Shown here: one piece after another, positions 1 to 13,196 of the stretch
Position numbering within the stretch: position 1 is the first letter of the stretch
Layout of the letters: the number at the start of each line of letters is the position of its first letter
DNA from: Octopus sinensis
Lineage: Eukaryota
Reading direction: 5' to 3'
NCBI RefSeq assembly: GCF_006345805.1
Contig: NC_043005.1
Location: 15,376,001-15,440,000, forward strand
DNA length: 64,000 bases
Notes under the pieces: generated by a model
What the model was told of the DNA's origin: nothing
The model's database searches: none
What the model saw: only the letters and a program-made list of their open reading frames with translations
Program-made: the position numbers and the translations under genes

Positions 1-230
1 TGCTTTTTCCCATGTCTTCATGAGGCTCTCTCTTCCATAAACAATATCCATATTAAGCAATTAGCACTTCTTTCTACAGCTGTACTCAGCTATATGTTTC
101 ACATATCCATACCAGTGCAATCTTTTCTCTTGAACACTACATATTCCTCTTATGCTCAGCTTTCTCTCAAAATATTTGTTGTCAAACAAAACTTACAGTC
201 CCAATGAAAACTAATCTGAAGTTAGGCATA
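1..230 (-). mobile_element. RTE-clade LINE RT C-terminal relic
   Basis: - strand translates to degenerate LREKLSIRGI...EKRLHWYGYVKH, the same motif as the RTE relics at 16.1 and 62.4 kb. Confidence 0.6.
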
Positions 231-280
231 GAAAGAAATGAAGAATAAGAAAATCTGATTGCAAACAGATTCTTTTCTAA

Positions 281-663
281 AGGCGCAGGAGTGGCTGTGT
301 GGTAAGTAGCTTGCTAACCAACCACATGGTTCCGGGTTCAGTCCCACTGCGTGGCATCTTGAACAAGTGTCTTCTGCTATAGCCCCGGGCCGACCAATGC
401 CTTGTGAGTGGATTTGGTAGACGGAAACTGAAAGAAGCCTGTCGTATATATGTATATATATATGTGTGTTTGTCCCCCGAGCATTGCTTGACAGCCGATG
501 CTGGTGTGTTTACATCCTCGTAACTTAGCAGTTCGGCAAAAGAGACTGATAGAATAAGTACTGGGTTTACAAAGAATAAGTCTCGGGGCGATTTGCTCGA
601 CTAAAGGCGGTGCTCCAGCATGGCCGCAGTCAAATGACTGAAACATGTAAGAGAGTAAAAGAG
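281..663 (+). mobile_element. tRNA-head SINE family 1 (octopus OR/OK-like), full length
   Basis: Head ggcgcaggagtggctgtgtggtaag...ggttccgggttcagtccc with box A/B-like motifs, (TA/TG)n linker, tail ...gactgaaacaagtaaaagag. About 15 related copies in the window. Confidence 0.85.
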
Positions 664-974
664 TAATAAAGAATCAGCCTAATTAAGCATGCAAATCCAC
701 TTACGAGGCTTTTGTTGGCCCAAGGCTATTGTAGAAGACACTCACCCAAGGTGCCATGCAGTGGGACAACCCATAATCATGTTGTTGAGAAGCAAGCTTC
801 TTACCACACAGCTACACGTGTGGAGGAAGTTAAAAGTTATGACCAATCATAGAATGAGAAAAAAAATATGACTTTTAACTTCCTAAAAACTATATCACTG
901 TTATAATGCTGTAGAGTGTGTTTCTTTTTCAGATATATGAACTGTTGACTATAAATATATATATATATATATAT

Positions 975-1385
975 TGTTGTATTTAGGAATGGTCATTTTG
1001 CCAGTTTAGCCAATAAAAACACACGCACTATATATTTGGTGTTAATTTGCTTCAGCGTTATTTATTTTTTACATTAATCTTAATCTTATTTCAGCCAGAG
1101 TTCTTTCGTCGCACTTCTGTGACCTCATCAGTGGTCCTTTGCTTTCTTCTTTCTTATTTGTGTGTTTCTCCTTACTAACGGTCAGCCATTTATTTAATCG
1201 GTAAAAGTTAGTGACTCAAAGGACCACTGATGAGGTCACAGAAGTGTGATGAAAGAACTCTGGCCGAAATAAGATTAAGATTAATGTAAAAAATAGATAA
1301 CGCTGAAGCAAATTAACACCAAATATATAGTGCGTGTGTGTTTTTATTGGCTAAACTGGCAAAATGACCATTCCTAAATACAACA
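975..1385. mobile_element. Inverted-repeat Penelope-like relic with hammerhead-like core
   Basis: Arms 975-1141 and 1217-1385 are near-perfect reverse complements, flanked by (TA)n. Each arm carries CTGATGA-GGTCA...TGGC(C/T)-GAAA. Confidence 0.6.
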
Positions 1386-4300
1386 TCTGTTTCAACACAC
1401 GATTTCACATCAAGAATCTTTCAAAACAAATATATATATATATATATGTGTGTGTGTAGTAGAAATTAACAAGGATATATATGTTCACAAAAAAGAGTGA
1501 ATGAAAGAATATCTAAATTATACTCAATAATATATAATGCACTGTACAATGTATGAATGCAATGTTTAAAATGTATACTATATTACAAATATCTATATTT
1601 TAGCAAATGAAAATTGCAATATATTTTATATGGAAGTTCATTTATATTTATCATAGAAAAATATGCTGTGAACATATATTGAATACAATTTTTATATTGT
1701 GATGTATGTATGTTTTACGATAACAACAGTATATATAGGACATTAATAATATATGTGTATGAAGTGCATGCTACTTTGATTATTGACAAAATATACTAAT
1801 TTTGGAAAGTGAACTCAGATCAGAATCTAGACTAGTAATAACTTAGATCAGAATCTAGCTTAGTAATAAATATAGTGTAATGTGTCTATATTAAATATAT
1901 GCAATATATGCTATGGTAATGCATATATTGAATTTCAGTTTCTTTTTAAATGCCATGACTTTTGATGACATGAGCTTGCTGGCTTTATAAAAATACTAGA
2001 CAACTCATGACCTGTTAGGTCACTGATGGTTCAGTTTATAAAACATTGAAGCTGATTTCAACATTGCATTGAAATGAAAATTAATTTTATGATGATTCAG
2101 TTAAATATTTCAATTCGTTTGTGTCATCATAGGTCTGATTTACAAGTTCATGTTTAAGGTTTTATTGATTATCTACAGCATTTAATAGAAATAGAACTTC
2201 CAGGATAAACTTGGACTCCACTAAGAACTTTTATTTATGGCATATGTGCACACTTCTACAAAAATGCAAAAGGAACTGTTATATAATGTAAAGATAAAAT
2301 TAATGGAAACAATTTTCACAGTATTATATATTCCCATTTAAGGGTTATGTTACTTTTGGAGGATTTTCCTATTAAGCACCATTTTGGCTATTTATGAAGG
2401 TACCCCCAAAAACTGCATATAGGAATCCGTGGTCCGATTTATGCGAAACTTGATTTATTCTGTTTGTATTCACATTTCAGGGGTACATTACTTTCAGAGT
2501 ATTTTCCCATTATGCATTGATTTGGCTGTGTTAAATTAAAGACACACATGCAAGCAAACAAGCAATCACAGAGTTTTAGTAGTATATAGATTAACTTTAG
2601 TTTAAAGTACCTCAATGAATAAATGTTCTGTTATTCTTGAAATTAATTTAAAATAACAACATGCATAAAATAGAATCCAAGGAGGGTGGTGATCTGCATC
2701 AGCAAGACTTGTATTATTTGGAAAAGCAACAAAAACGAGTATGGTGAAATTGATGTGGAGAATGGAGTATCAAATGTTGACCATGTGTTTTGCACATATG
2801 CAAAGGCAAGCCTGGGCAGAGTTTTTTTTTATGTATGAAAGACTGACAGTTGCTCATACTTGAGAATTCCTCCTTTCTATGCTGCCTTGTGAACTTCATT
2901 TCATTTGGAAAGGAGGAAGGTTCTCATTGGGAAATGGATTCTTCTTCAGTGGAGAGTATCTCACTACAGATGTATCTCCCTTCATGCTTTTTTATTGTCC
3001 TTTTAAAATTTTTTAGTCCTTATTTATTTTATTATTATTTATCTTCCAGCCTCTACCTCCTCTCCCATCTTGATAAGTGGATGGATGACACTGCTGTGTG
3101 AGGGTGCTTCCTGGGTGTTTAGTTTCCACTGTTGTTACTGTGTAGGTATCACATTGTTCCACAAGTCTCTTGTTTAGCTCCTGGTAATGAAGATTATATG
3201 ATTGTTTTTGACAGCTTTAGAGTTGTGGCCAGGGTTGCCATGTGCTGCAGTCTCACCTCAAGACCAGCAACCTCTGTGAATGATTGTTGTTATTGTTTTT
3301 CTTTTTATCCCTTTAAGTCCTCTGAGTAGAAAGCCCTTAAATGGTTTTTACTGTTACAAAACCTGTGGAGATGTATATATATGATAAACATGGGTGGGCA
3401 AAAATTTATCACAATATATTTTAAGAGGCTAGTAAAAAAGAGCACTTCCACTCACAAAGAAGTGAGAAGCTGTCACCTGGATAAGATCAAGGTACCCCAC
3501 AATACTTACCAATTTTTCTCTGATGAGCTTCTGAGAACTAGGCTCTCTAAATTTTCCTATGAGGAACTTTATCTTTGACCAAACTATGAGGATTCTCTCA
3601 TCCTTTGAGTAGCTCAACTTTAAATGTCAAAAGACTATTTGTGTAGTTTTCACCAACAGTCTTTCAGTTTGGAGTGGATGTACTCATTTTCCATCTCTTT
3701 AGTCATTTAGTGTTTATTTCAGGTTATTCAGCAACTCTCTCAAGTTCTTGTTACTAGTTTGGACAATTGTGAAGCTCAGACACTGCAAGCAGACAGATGC
3801 TTTTCTATAGAAACTTTCCTTAACCTACATGCTTATACTCTGGGCTAATTCTGATTTTTTTCTTGTTCTTTTATTTCTATCTTCTTACTACCCCTAATAA
3901 GATCATATCCTTTTTCAGGTTTCCTCTTCTACATTTCCTCAAGCTGATAAGGTGGAGTAGCTGGTTGGAGCCCCTGGCTAACCATGTACTAGATAGAGAA
4001 GACTTTGGCTTTTCTTTACCCTGCTTTGTCTGCCTCTGATGCCAGCAACACGGGATATGAGATAATTTTAGTTTATCCTTAGAGCTGCATTTGGTAGTAT
4101 TGCAAGAAAAGCAGTGGTTATTTCTCTCATATCAAGAGCCTGCTGTTGTTGCTGCCTCTGTTGATGTCTGTTGCACACATTTTAAAGATAAATTTTAATT
4201 TTCCATTTCTTCCTCTGAGCATATATCCTTCAAGTGATCTTTACTACAAAGATAAAGTTCCTGATAAGAAGATTTAGGGCTTTCTCTGTACCACCAGTGT

Positions 4301-5583
4301 AATTGATCTCTCTTCTACTGCTTCACTGAGATATAATTATAGGATACCACTGTGGCTTTCAGAGGTTACCAAGACCTGAAGGTTTATGCAGAACCCACCT
4401 GTCTATATAATGGTGTGGTCCTGTTAGTTACTTCCATGCTCAGGTCTCCTAGGTTACTTCCATGCTCATGATCTGCTTCTGTTGTGTCACAAATGTTGAT
4501 GACAAGTTAAGGGTTTACAAGAGTATTATTAGATCTGGATGTGGATCTTATATTCTTTTATTCATATGCTGTGGCACTGGGTAAGAAGACATGCATGGCT
4601 GGCATCACACGTGAAGCACCATGTGTTTCTGCTTACCTCATCTTCAATGTTAAAAACCTAGCTCACATCCCTATGCCCTGCTCTGGTTAAGATAACACAA
4701 GTTTCACCACATTAGTCAAGGGCTCCTACCAACTCTTTTTTCGGGAGCACACGCTACTTTCCTCCTTGCTCCCTTTCCTGGATAAACTCTTTGTGCAAAG
4801 ACATATCTTTCTTGACACACTACATCCAAATTTTGGTTCTTTTCCTATTGCTATCTCATATTGAGGAGCTCCATATTACTCGCACATTGTTTGAAAAAAT
4901 GAGATTTTTCGTTTTGTTGTAGGTGCTATTGTTAATGTTCTTTGTATTTTTTCTCATTTAAGTGAACATTTTCTGTACTACTCTATTTTTGTGCTTTTAA
5001 GAGTGGGACTGTTATTGTATGGGCTTCCCAGTCTGTCTCTCTGTTCTTTACCATATTGTCTATTTTTAAAATCTTTTTAAAAATCTATTTATGCATTTGA
5101 AAAATCTTAGAGAAGCATTTAAATGGTTTACATTATTGCTGCCACCATTGTAGTTTGTACCTCTTCCTACTACCATTGATGTGGTCATTCTAAAATGGGA
5201 ACAAAGTTACAACTAGCAATCTAGTAGAAACACACAATCAAAGAAATATATTAAGGCAAATATTCTTCTGTCCCAGAAAACTGGAATGATGGTCAAATAA
5301 TCCCAAATATCTTTTGTCAATAGTCCAGAATGAAAATGAACAAAAAATTGTTTTTCATTAAGTAGGTGCAACCGTAGCAGTGTGGTTAAGAAGCTAGGTT
5401 TGCAATCGTAGTTTTAGGTTCGGCCCCACTGCATGGCCCTTTGGGCGAGTGTCTTCTACTATAGGTCTGGATTGACCAATGCGTTGTAAGCGAATTTGGT
5501 AGACAGAAACTATGTAGAAACCCATCATATACATGTGTGTGTACACGCATACATATCTTTTTATCTGTCTGTCTATATATATA

Positions 5584-6094
5584 TCTATATATGTAAAACT
5601 GTAGTTGTGTGAGTGTCTGTCCCCTTCGATTTAGATTCCTAACTACTCCCACATTTTGCGGTGCAGTTTAACCAAATTCGGGTATCTTATAGTCGTGATT
5701 CATATCGAGCCCGTCTGGCTATTAGCGCACATCTACGATGAGTCTACGATTTTAAAAATAATTTAACATCATTTTTTATTCCATTTTAATGCATAATTTT
5801 TCGTGTGTCAATGGCGGCGGAGTTGGCGTCCATGGTCACACCTGCACCTGTTTGCTTCTCCCCCTTCTTCCCTCCCTCGTGAAGCTGTGGGGAAGGGAGT
5901 GTAAGGAAATCAACGTCGTAATGCATTGTCAAGGAGACCAGCGTTCTTTTAGAACAACGACTTCATGGCTTGAAGACACCAAAACAAATGGCTAAGAAAG
6001 CCCGAATTGGTATCTATAAGGGAAGTAACTCTCTAAAAATGCTTATATAGTTATTTCCTTTACAAACCCGAGCAACGCCGGGCGATACTGCTAG
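5584..6094 (+). mobile_element. Non-autonomous Helitron (variant with extra ~220-bp internal segment)
   Basis: A|TC 5' end; 3' hairpin cccgagcaacgccggg followed by CTAG|T; inserted at an AT dinucleotide with no TSD. Confidence 0.85.
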
Positions 6095-6529
6095 TATATA
6101 TATATATATATATGATGGCTTGATGGCTGTTGACTTGTTAATCAGATATGACTTTTTCCAGTACCAACACTGACAGAGTAGATATACATGGACCTTAAAC
6201 TAGTTTACCCTAAGAACACATAGCCATAAGTAATACGCAAAAAAAATAATAAAAACATTAATGTACTATAGTTTAACAATTTCAATGATATTTAAAAAGC
6301 ACCCACTACACTCATGGAGTGGTTGGCATTAGGAAGGGCATCCAGCCGTAGAAACATTGCCAGATCAGACTGGGCCTGGTGCAGCCTTCTGGCCTCTCAG
6401 ACCCCAGTTGAACCGTCCAACCCATGCTAGCATGGAAAGTGGACTCTCAATGATGATGATATATATATATATAAGCAGAATAAAATGCTTAAATAAAGAT
6501 AAATAGGCACAGGAGTGCATGCGTGTTTG

Positions 6530-7200
6530 TTAGTGAACAAGGAAAGACGTGTAGCTGTATAGCTCCGTCTTGGAGAAAAAGGTAACAAAAAGGAAGAGAA
6601 AGGTGAGCAACGGTGGTTGCTCACCAGTGCAGGTTGTGGGAGAGGAGGAGGACCTCCTAGGTGTGCTGACGGAGGCCCCGACTTCCGCAACTGCAGAAAG
6701 AAAAAGGAGAAGGAAGAGAAACAGGACACAGTTGGCGGATGTCGATGTGCCGCTGAGTGAACCCAAGGCTCCTCCGGTGGGAAGAGTGCCACTGGACCGA
6801 GAGGCTCTGTCAGTGGGGATTGTGCCACTGACAGAGAAGGTTGAGGCCCCTACTTGTGAGAAAGAGGTAGAACTTTTCATTTTCTACCTCAGGGGAGGGC
6901 CTGTTAAGATGTACTTGGACAGTCTTCTAGACCGAGAATGATATGACTTGGTCTGTATAAACAGTCCATGTTGGCCTCTGCAGGTGGGTGTGGAGGCCGT
7001 TACTCAAGAAGAATTAATTGAGGTCAAGAGGACCTGCAATAATGAGGATTTTGTGTCCCTCCATTCGGGCCTGCGAATGCAGGCTTTCCTGCAGGCAGCA
7101 GGAAACTTACTTGGGGGCCCAGACGAAGAAGATGAATGGAAAATGAATTTCTGCTTTTGAAATTTTTATACTTGTATCTAATTATTGTATATTAAATTTT
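6530..7200 (+). mobile_element. GC-richer ORF remnant (K/R-rich, one in-frame stop at 6939-6941), possibly ORF1 of a Tx1/L1-like retrotransposon
   Basis: ORFs 6570-6941 and 6948-7160 are in the same frame, separated by a single TGA. No splice structure; embedded among SINEs. Family assignment is inference. Confidence 0.3.
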
Positions 7201-7344
7201 TTCTTGAATTTTGAATTCGAAGGGTTATCAGTCGGCGGGTGCTGGTGCTCCTGCCATCTTTATTCATTTTATTCATTATCATCCTCATCGCATTAATGTC
7301 CTTGTCCAGCCTTCAGCTACTGTCCTTGTGGCAAACTATGTGAA

Positions 7345-7925
7345 TAAAAGTAGCTTGCTTACCAACCACATGGTTCCGCGTTCAGTCCCACTGCGTGGCA
7401 CCTTGGGCAAGTGTCTTCTACTATAGCTTCGGGCCGACCAAAGCCTTTTGAGTGGATTTGGTAGACGGAAACTGAAAGAAGCCCATCGTATATATGTGCG
7501 GGTGGCACGTAAAAAGCGCCCACTACACTCACGGAGTGGTTGGCGTTAGGAAGGGCATCCAGCTGTAGAAACACTGCCAGATCTGACTGGGCCTGATGAA
7601 GCCTTCCAGCTTCACAGACCCCAGTTGAACCGTCCAACCCATGCTAGCATGGAAAACAGATGCTAAATGATGATGATGATGATGATGATATATATATATA
7701 TGTATGTGTGTGTATGTGTTTGTGTGTCTGTGTTTGTTCCCCTGCAACATCGCTTGACAACCGATGCTAGTGGTTTTACATCCCTGTAACTTAGCGGTTC
7801 GGCAAAGAGTCTGATAGAATAAGTACTAGGCTTACAAAGAATAAGTCCTGGGGTTGATTTACTCTACTAAATGCGGTGCTCCAGCATGGCCACAGTCAAA
7901 TGACTGAAACAAGTAAAAGAGTAAG
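7345..7925 (+). mobile_element. SINE family 1 with an RTE-type 3' tail segment inside it (~7500-7690)
   Basis: Family 1 head and tail flank ggcgttaggaagggcatccagc...(gat)n. Confidence 0.8.
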
Positions 7926-8059
7926 TAAAAATAGATAAATATTTACTTATAAAAATTAATAAATAAGCAACAGTTATATATGAATTTGATTCAGGATCGT
8001 TGATAAAATTTTAAAGCTTCGAAAATTAATACAAGACAGTTAGAAATAGTCTGTATGTT

Positions 8060-8620
8060 ATATGACTGGAAATGACTCTAGTTCAGCAAGAGATGTGCAA
8101 ATTTTTCCACACAGATCACATGAAAATGCTTGATTTAGCTGTGAAGACTGTTGCAAATTGATATTGTGACATTTCATGGGCCAAGTCAACCCAGATTTAC
8201 TTCTGCCGATCCTATTACAAACAGAGCAATATAATTCAATGGATTGTAACTGTGAATAGTCAGTAGGGGACCTAAATAAGTGCTTCTGCTTATGACTAAC
8301 TAGTCCAGCTTAGTAGAGACAAATACAGTTGCAGGTATCACAAGTAAGAAGAGAAGCAACTTTGGCCACAAGGAAACTCTTTCTTGCCTCTCTTGTTATC
8401 ACTTTATGTTTCCACTTCTTATTTTCAAACAAAGCAGCACCTTCTTGTATTTTACTCCTCCATTCCAGCTGATTCATTGCATCACCCTCCCAGTTTACAT
8501 ATACCATTTCAAAGTTCTTTACTGAGGTACTTTTTGAATCTTTGAACCACAGTTCTGGTTAGCATTGAGGCCTTTTTGTCTCTTTTATCTGACCATATAA
8601 CAGTTGTTTGATCATGCACT
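8060..8620 (-). mobile_element. RTE/Bov-B-like LINE ORF2 C-terminal relics
   Basis: W.....QLEWRSKIQEGAALFE...CDTC and FSCDLCGKIC resemble the RTE C-terminal zinc-knuckle region; many stops. Confidence 0.55.
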
Positions 8621-8662
8621 GATCAGAATATTGAAGTTATTTTACTAAATTCTCTTTTATAT

Positions 8663-9120
<458 letters not shown>

Positions 9121-9889
9121 TGTGAAACACATGGTTGCAACACAAAAAAAAACAAAAAAAAATGATTTCTTACACAGACACAAGTCCAGAAATTTTGGAG
9201 GAGGGGTAGACCTCTGTTTATTGACCCTAATATTTCACTGGTACTTATTTTGTCAACTCTGAAAAGATAAAAAGCAAAGCCTTCTTCTGGAGGTTTGAAC
9301 TCATGATATACAGGGCTGTAACTAAATATCACAAAGTATTGTGTCTGATACTCTTTTGATTCTGTAAATCAACTTTTTGAAATTCTGTAGAACTTTCAGT
9401 CCTTGTCTTCAAAGAGCTACAAGGGTACATTACCTGTTAAAAAATATTATAAAGATATGGCCATGCTGGAGCTGCCAGCAAAAAGAAACTGTCCAAAGTG
9501 TGCATGAAATTATGAAGACACCTGTCATGTACCCATTTAGTGACTGAACATTGATGATTTGTGCAATTATGTGAAACATTTGTTATCACATGTGGGATGG
9601 ATTAGGCCACCAGTCATGTCTGTTGTGAAAATTGAATCATCACCTGTCTTTAGAAAAGCAAGTTGTTAGTGAAGTCTTGGTCTAAGAAGGGAAGCTCTCC
9701 TCAAATATTTCAATCAAGTCTGCCATACAACTTCCCTCACTAGCCTAAGAAGGTATCCCTCTACCCCTCCTAAGACTAATATGAATAAATCAACACGATT
9801 GACTTGCTCTAATAAAATTATCAGACAAATCTCCCTCAAACCCCTTCTTACTGTCAAAATTGTTGTGATTGGTAGAATGATATGGTTGA

Positions 9890-10120
9890 AAGGTGGCGAG
9901 CTGGCAGAAACATAACACGCCGGGCGAAAAGCTTAGCAGTATTTCGTCTGCCGTTACATTGTGAGTTCAAATTCTGCCGAGGTCGACTTTACCTTTCATC
10001 CTTTCGGGGTCGATAAATTAAGTACCAGTTACACACTGAGGTCGATGTAATCAACTTAATACCTATGTCTGTCCTTGTTTGTCCCCTCTATATTTAGCCC
10101 CTTGTGGGTAATAAAGAAAG
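9890..10120 (+). mobile_element. tRNA-head SINE family 2
   Basis: Head ggcgagctggcagaaac...gagttcaaatt, core gaggtcgactttgcctttcatcctttcggggtcgataaattaagtacc. Related copies at 17110, 26299, 33832, 43528, 52045 and 58575. Confidence 0.8.
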
Positions 10121-10659
10121 AAGAATGATATGGATGATGCTACAGATAGTGCTGTAGCTTGGCTAGTTGATGGAAAGCATAATAGTTGGTGGAATGGGAT
10201 GATCCGAGGCCACACACCATCACAAAGCTTAGTGGTAGAGTGTTGCACTCAAGATTGGGAGATTATGGTTTTGGTTCCAAGAATGGCTGCGCATTGTGTT
10301 CTTGAGCAAAACACTTTGTTTTGCATTGCATATGTCCACTCAGCTGTGAATGGATAACCTTGTGATGAACTGGCATACAAGGGTGAGATGGTGAAAATCA
10401 CCTGAATAGAGTACCTGTGAGTTGTGTTTTGGATTCAATGATCGAAAAAATGAAGAGGTTGGAATTGGTTCTTCAACCACATTGAAGGACGATGAATAAT
10501 TGGTGGAGCATCTACCTAGCCAGTGGAGTGACAGAAGCAGCAGAAAACAAGACTAAATACTTTACAATAATATTTATGTTATGCTTATATTCTGAGTTGG
10601 CCTTGCTTTTTATCTGTCTAGGGCATGATCAATAAAATATGTATTAATAATGTCCCAGG

Positions 10660-10870
10660 AAAGAAGTGCTGCTCTTCCCCTCCTTCCTATCCTCCCTTGA
10701 TACGCCTCCTCCACTCCTCTCACTCCTGTTCCCCTTCCTCCCTCCCTCCTCCTCCTTCCTCACTCCTCCTCCTCTCTCCTCCCTCCACCACCACCTCCTC
10801 CTCCCCCTCTCCTCTTCCCTGCCTCCTCCTCCCTCTCCCATCCACCTCCCTCTCTTCTAACAACAACAAC
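10660..10870. repeat. Polypyrimidine/polypurine (CCT/CTC)-rich low-complexity tract
   Basis: Nearly pure C/T on the + strand, followed by (CAA)n. Confidence 0.85.
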
Positions 10871-11307
10871 ATGTAGTCATGTGTTGGGGTATAAGGCATG
10901 GCTGTGTGTTTAAAAAGTTTGCTTTCCAGCAATATGGTTCCAAGTTCTGTCCCACTGTATGGCACCTTGGACTACTATATGTCTTCTGCTATAGCTCCAG
11001 CCAACCAAAGCATTGTAATAAGTGGATTTGATAGATGGAAATTGAACGAAACCTTTTGTATATATGTGTGTGTGTGTGTGTATATAGTTGAAATTTATAG
11101 AAAAACAAAAGACAAAGACAGGTGTATGAACAACAAGCAAGTGTATTAGTTTGATGCATGGGAAAAATGAAAATGTCTTTTATGTTTCAAGCCTATGCTC
11201 TTCAACATAAAGGAATAAGAGAAAATAAATAGAGAATGCAAAAACTTGTAGATTTCAGTGGTGCAGCATGGCGAATGTTGTATGTGTGTGTGTGTGTGTG
11301 TGTGTGA

Positions 11308-11643
11308 AGGCACATGGCTCAGTGGTTAGAGTGTCGAGCTTACAATCTTGAGGTTGTGAGTTCGAATCCTGGACCGGGCTGCATGTTGTGTTCTTGAGCA
11401 AGACACTTTATTTCACGTTGCTCCAGTTCACTCAGCTGTAGAAATGAGTTGCGACGTGACAGGTGCCAAGCTGTATCGGCCACTTTGCCTTTCCCTTGGA
11501 TATAAGACTGGTGGCGTGGAGAGGGGAGGCCGGTATGCATGGGTGACTGCTGGTCTTCCATAAACAACCTTGCACTGACTTGTACCTGGGAGGGTAACTC
11601 TTTAGGTGCAATCCCATGGTCATTTATGACCGAAGGGAGTCTC
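11308..11643 (+). mobile_element. tRNA-head SINE family 3
   Basis: ggctcagtggttagag (box A) and gagttcgaatcc (box B), then tgttcttgagcaagacactt and a unique body. Confidence 0.75.
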
Positions 11644-11656
11644 AACATATATATAT

Positions 11657-11821
11657 AGTTAATCCAAACATGAAAACACAAAGAGAAACACAACAACATG
11701 AGGACGTGGAACAAGTATAGTATTATTGGACGCTCAGGAAAGAAGGAGGGTTTAACGTTTCGAGCGGAGCTCTTCGTCGGAAACATAGGAGAAGGAAAGA
11801 TCCAGAGAATGGAAGACAGAG

Positions 11822-11856
<35 letters not shown>

Positions 11857-12016
11857 ATCCAAACATGAAAACACAAAGAGAAAACACAACAACATGAGGA
11901 CGTGGAACAAGTATAGTATTATTGGACGCTCAGGAAGAAGGAGGGTTTAACGTTTCGAGCGGAGCTCTTCGTCGGAAACATAGGAGAAGGAAAGATCCAG
12001 AGAATGGAAGACAGAG

Positions 12017-12059
<43 letters not shown>

Positions 12060-12220
12060 ATCCAAACATGAAAACACAAAGAGAAAACACAACAACATGA
12101 GGACGTGGAACAAGTATAGTATTATTGGACGCTCAGGAAAGAAGGAGGGTTTAACGTTTCGAGCGGAGCTCTTCGTCGGAAACATAGGAGAAGGAAAGAT
12201 CCAGAGAATGGAAGACAGAG

Positions 12221-12255
<35 letters not shown>

Positions 12256-12480
12256 ATCCAAACATGAAAACACAAAGAGAAAACACAACAACATGAGGAC
12301 GTGGAACAAGTATAGTATTATTGGACGCTCAGGAAAGAAGGAGGGTTTAACGTTTCGAGCGGAGCTCTTTGTCAGAAACATAGGAAAAGGAAAGAGCCAA
12401 AGAAGGGAAGACGGAGGAAAAAAAAATCGCCAATGGTACACACGTGGTCATATGCATGTACATGTGTGTGTATTTCTTTT
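11657..12480 (-). repeat. Tandem array of four ~200-bp Penelope-like units separated by (TA)n, each with a hammerhead-like motif
   Basis: Units start at 11657, 11852, 12055 and 12251. The - strand reads TGTTT-CCGACGA-A-GAGCTCCGCTC-GAAAC-GTT-AAAC in units 1-3. Confidence 0.85.
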
Positions 12481-12983
12481 TGTCTTGACATCATGCAATA
12501 GTTGCAAAACAAGCACCACCATGATATAAGCAGTAGTAGTATCCTTTGTTTCCAGTCTTCCATGGAAATATATCTAGCCATGGAGAAATATTACCGTGCT
12601 TGGAAATAGGTGAGGGTTTAGCAACAAGAGGGACATCTGGCTGTAGAAAATCTGTCTCAACAAATTCCATCTGACCCAAATCACACTCTTCTATCTTAAA
12701 AAAAGGAAAAACACTTTGGATAATGTAATCTTTGAAATGCTATCTCTATAAAATTTTGTTTTTAAATAATTGATGCTCATGATTGGATGGTCACACCTGG
12801 AATGCCTTTGATCATAGATTTCTTGGATCATGGTTACTTTGAGCTGTTATAAACAAGAGCAGTAATAACTGATACTAATGAAAATTGCTGGAAATACACC
12901 AAAATTTATCAATCAATAAATATTGCTTGCTGTAAAACCTTCTTTACACAATACTGTTACAAATTCATTTTTGCTGCTCACAA

Positions 12984-13149
12984 GGGCGTAGTAGTGGCTG
13001 TGTGGTAAGTAGCTTGCTTACAAACCACATGGTTCCGGTTTCAGTCCCACCACGTGGCACGTAGGGTAAGTGTCTTCTACTGTAGCCTCAGGCCGACCAA
13101 AGCCTTGTGAGTGGATTTGGTAGACGGAAACTGAAAGAGGCCCGTCGTA

Positions 13150-13196
<47 letters not shown>

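Noticed and set aside
2990-4800. GC-richer, decayed coding-like region
   Set aside because: Probably an old retroelement, but no diagnostic motif could be read, so no family is assigned.
5090-5190. Possible - strand exon after the acceptor ctttgttcccattttag (NDHINGSRKRYKLQWWQQ* or MTTSMVVGRG...)
   Set aside because: The acceptor is good, but I recognise no protein and found no phase-consistent neighbouring exon.
11310-11385. tRNA gene
   Set aside because: It has box A/B but no complete acceptor stem and continues into a SINE body. The same applies to the heads at 54225 and 39830.
11657-12480. CRISPR-like appearance of repeats separated by spacers
   Set aside because: Eukaryotic context; the repeats are ~170 bp and the spacers are just (TA)n.
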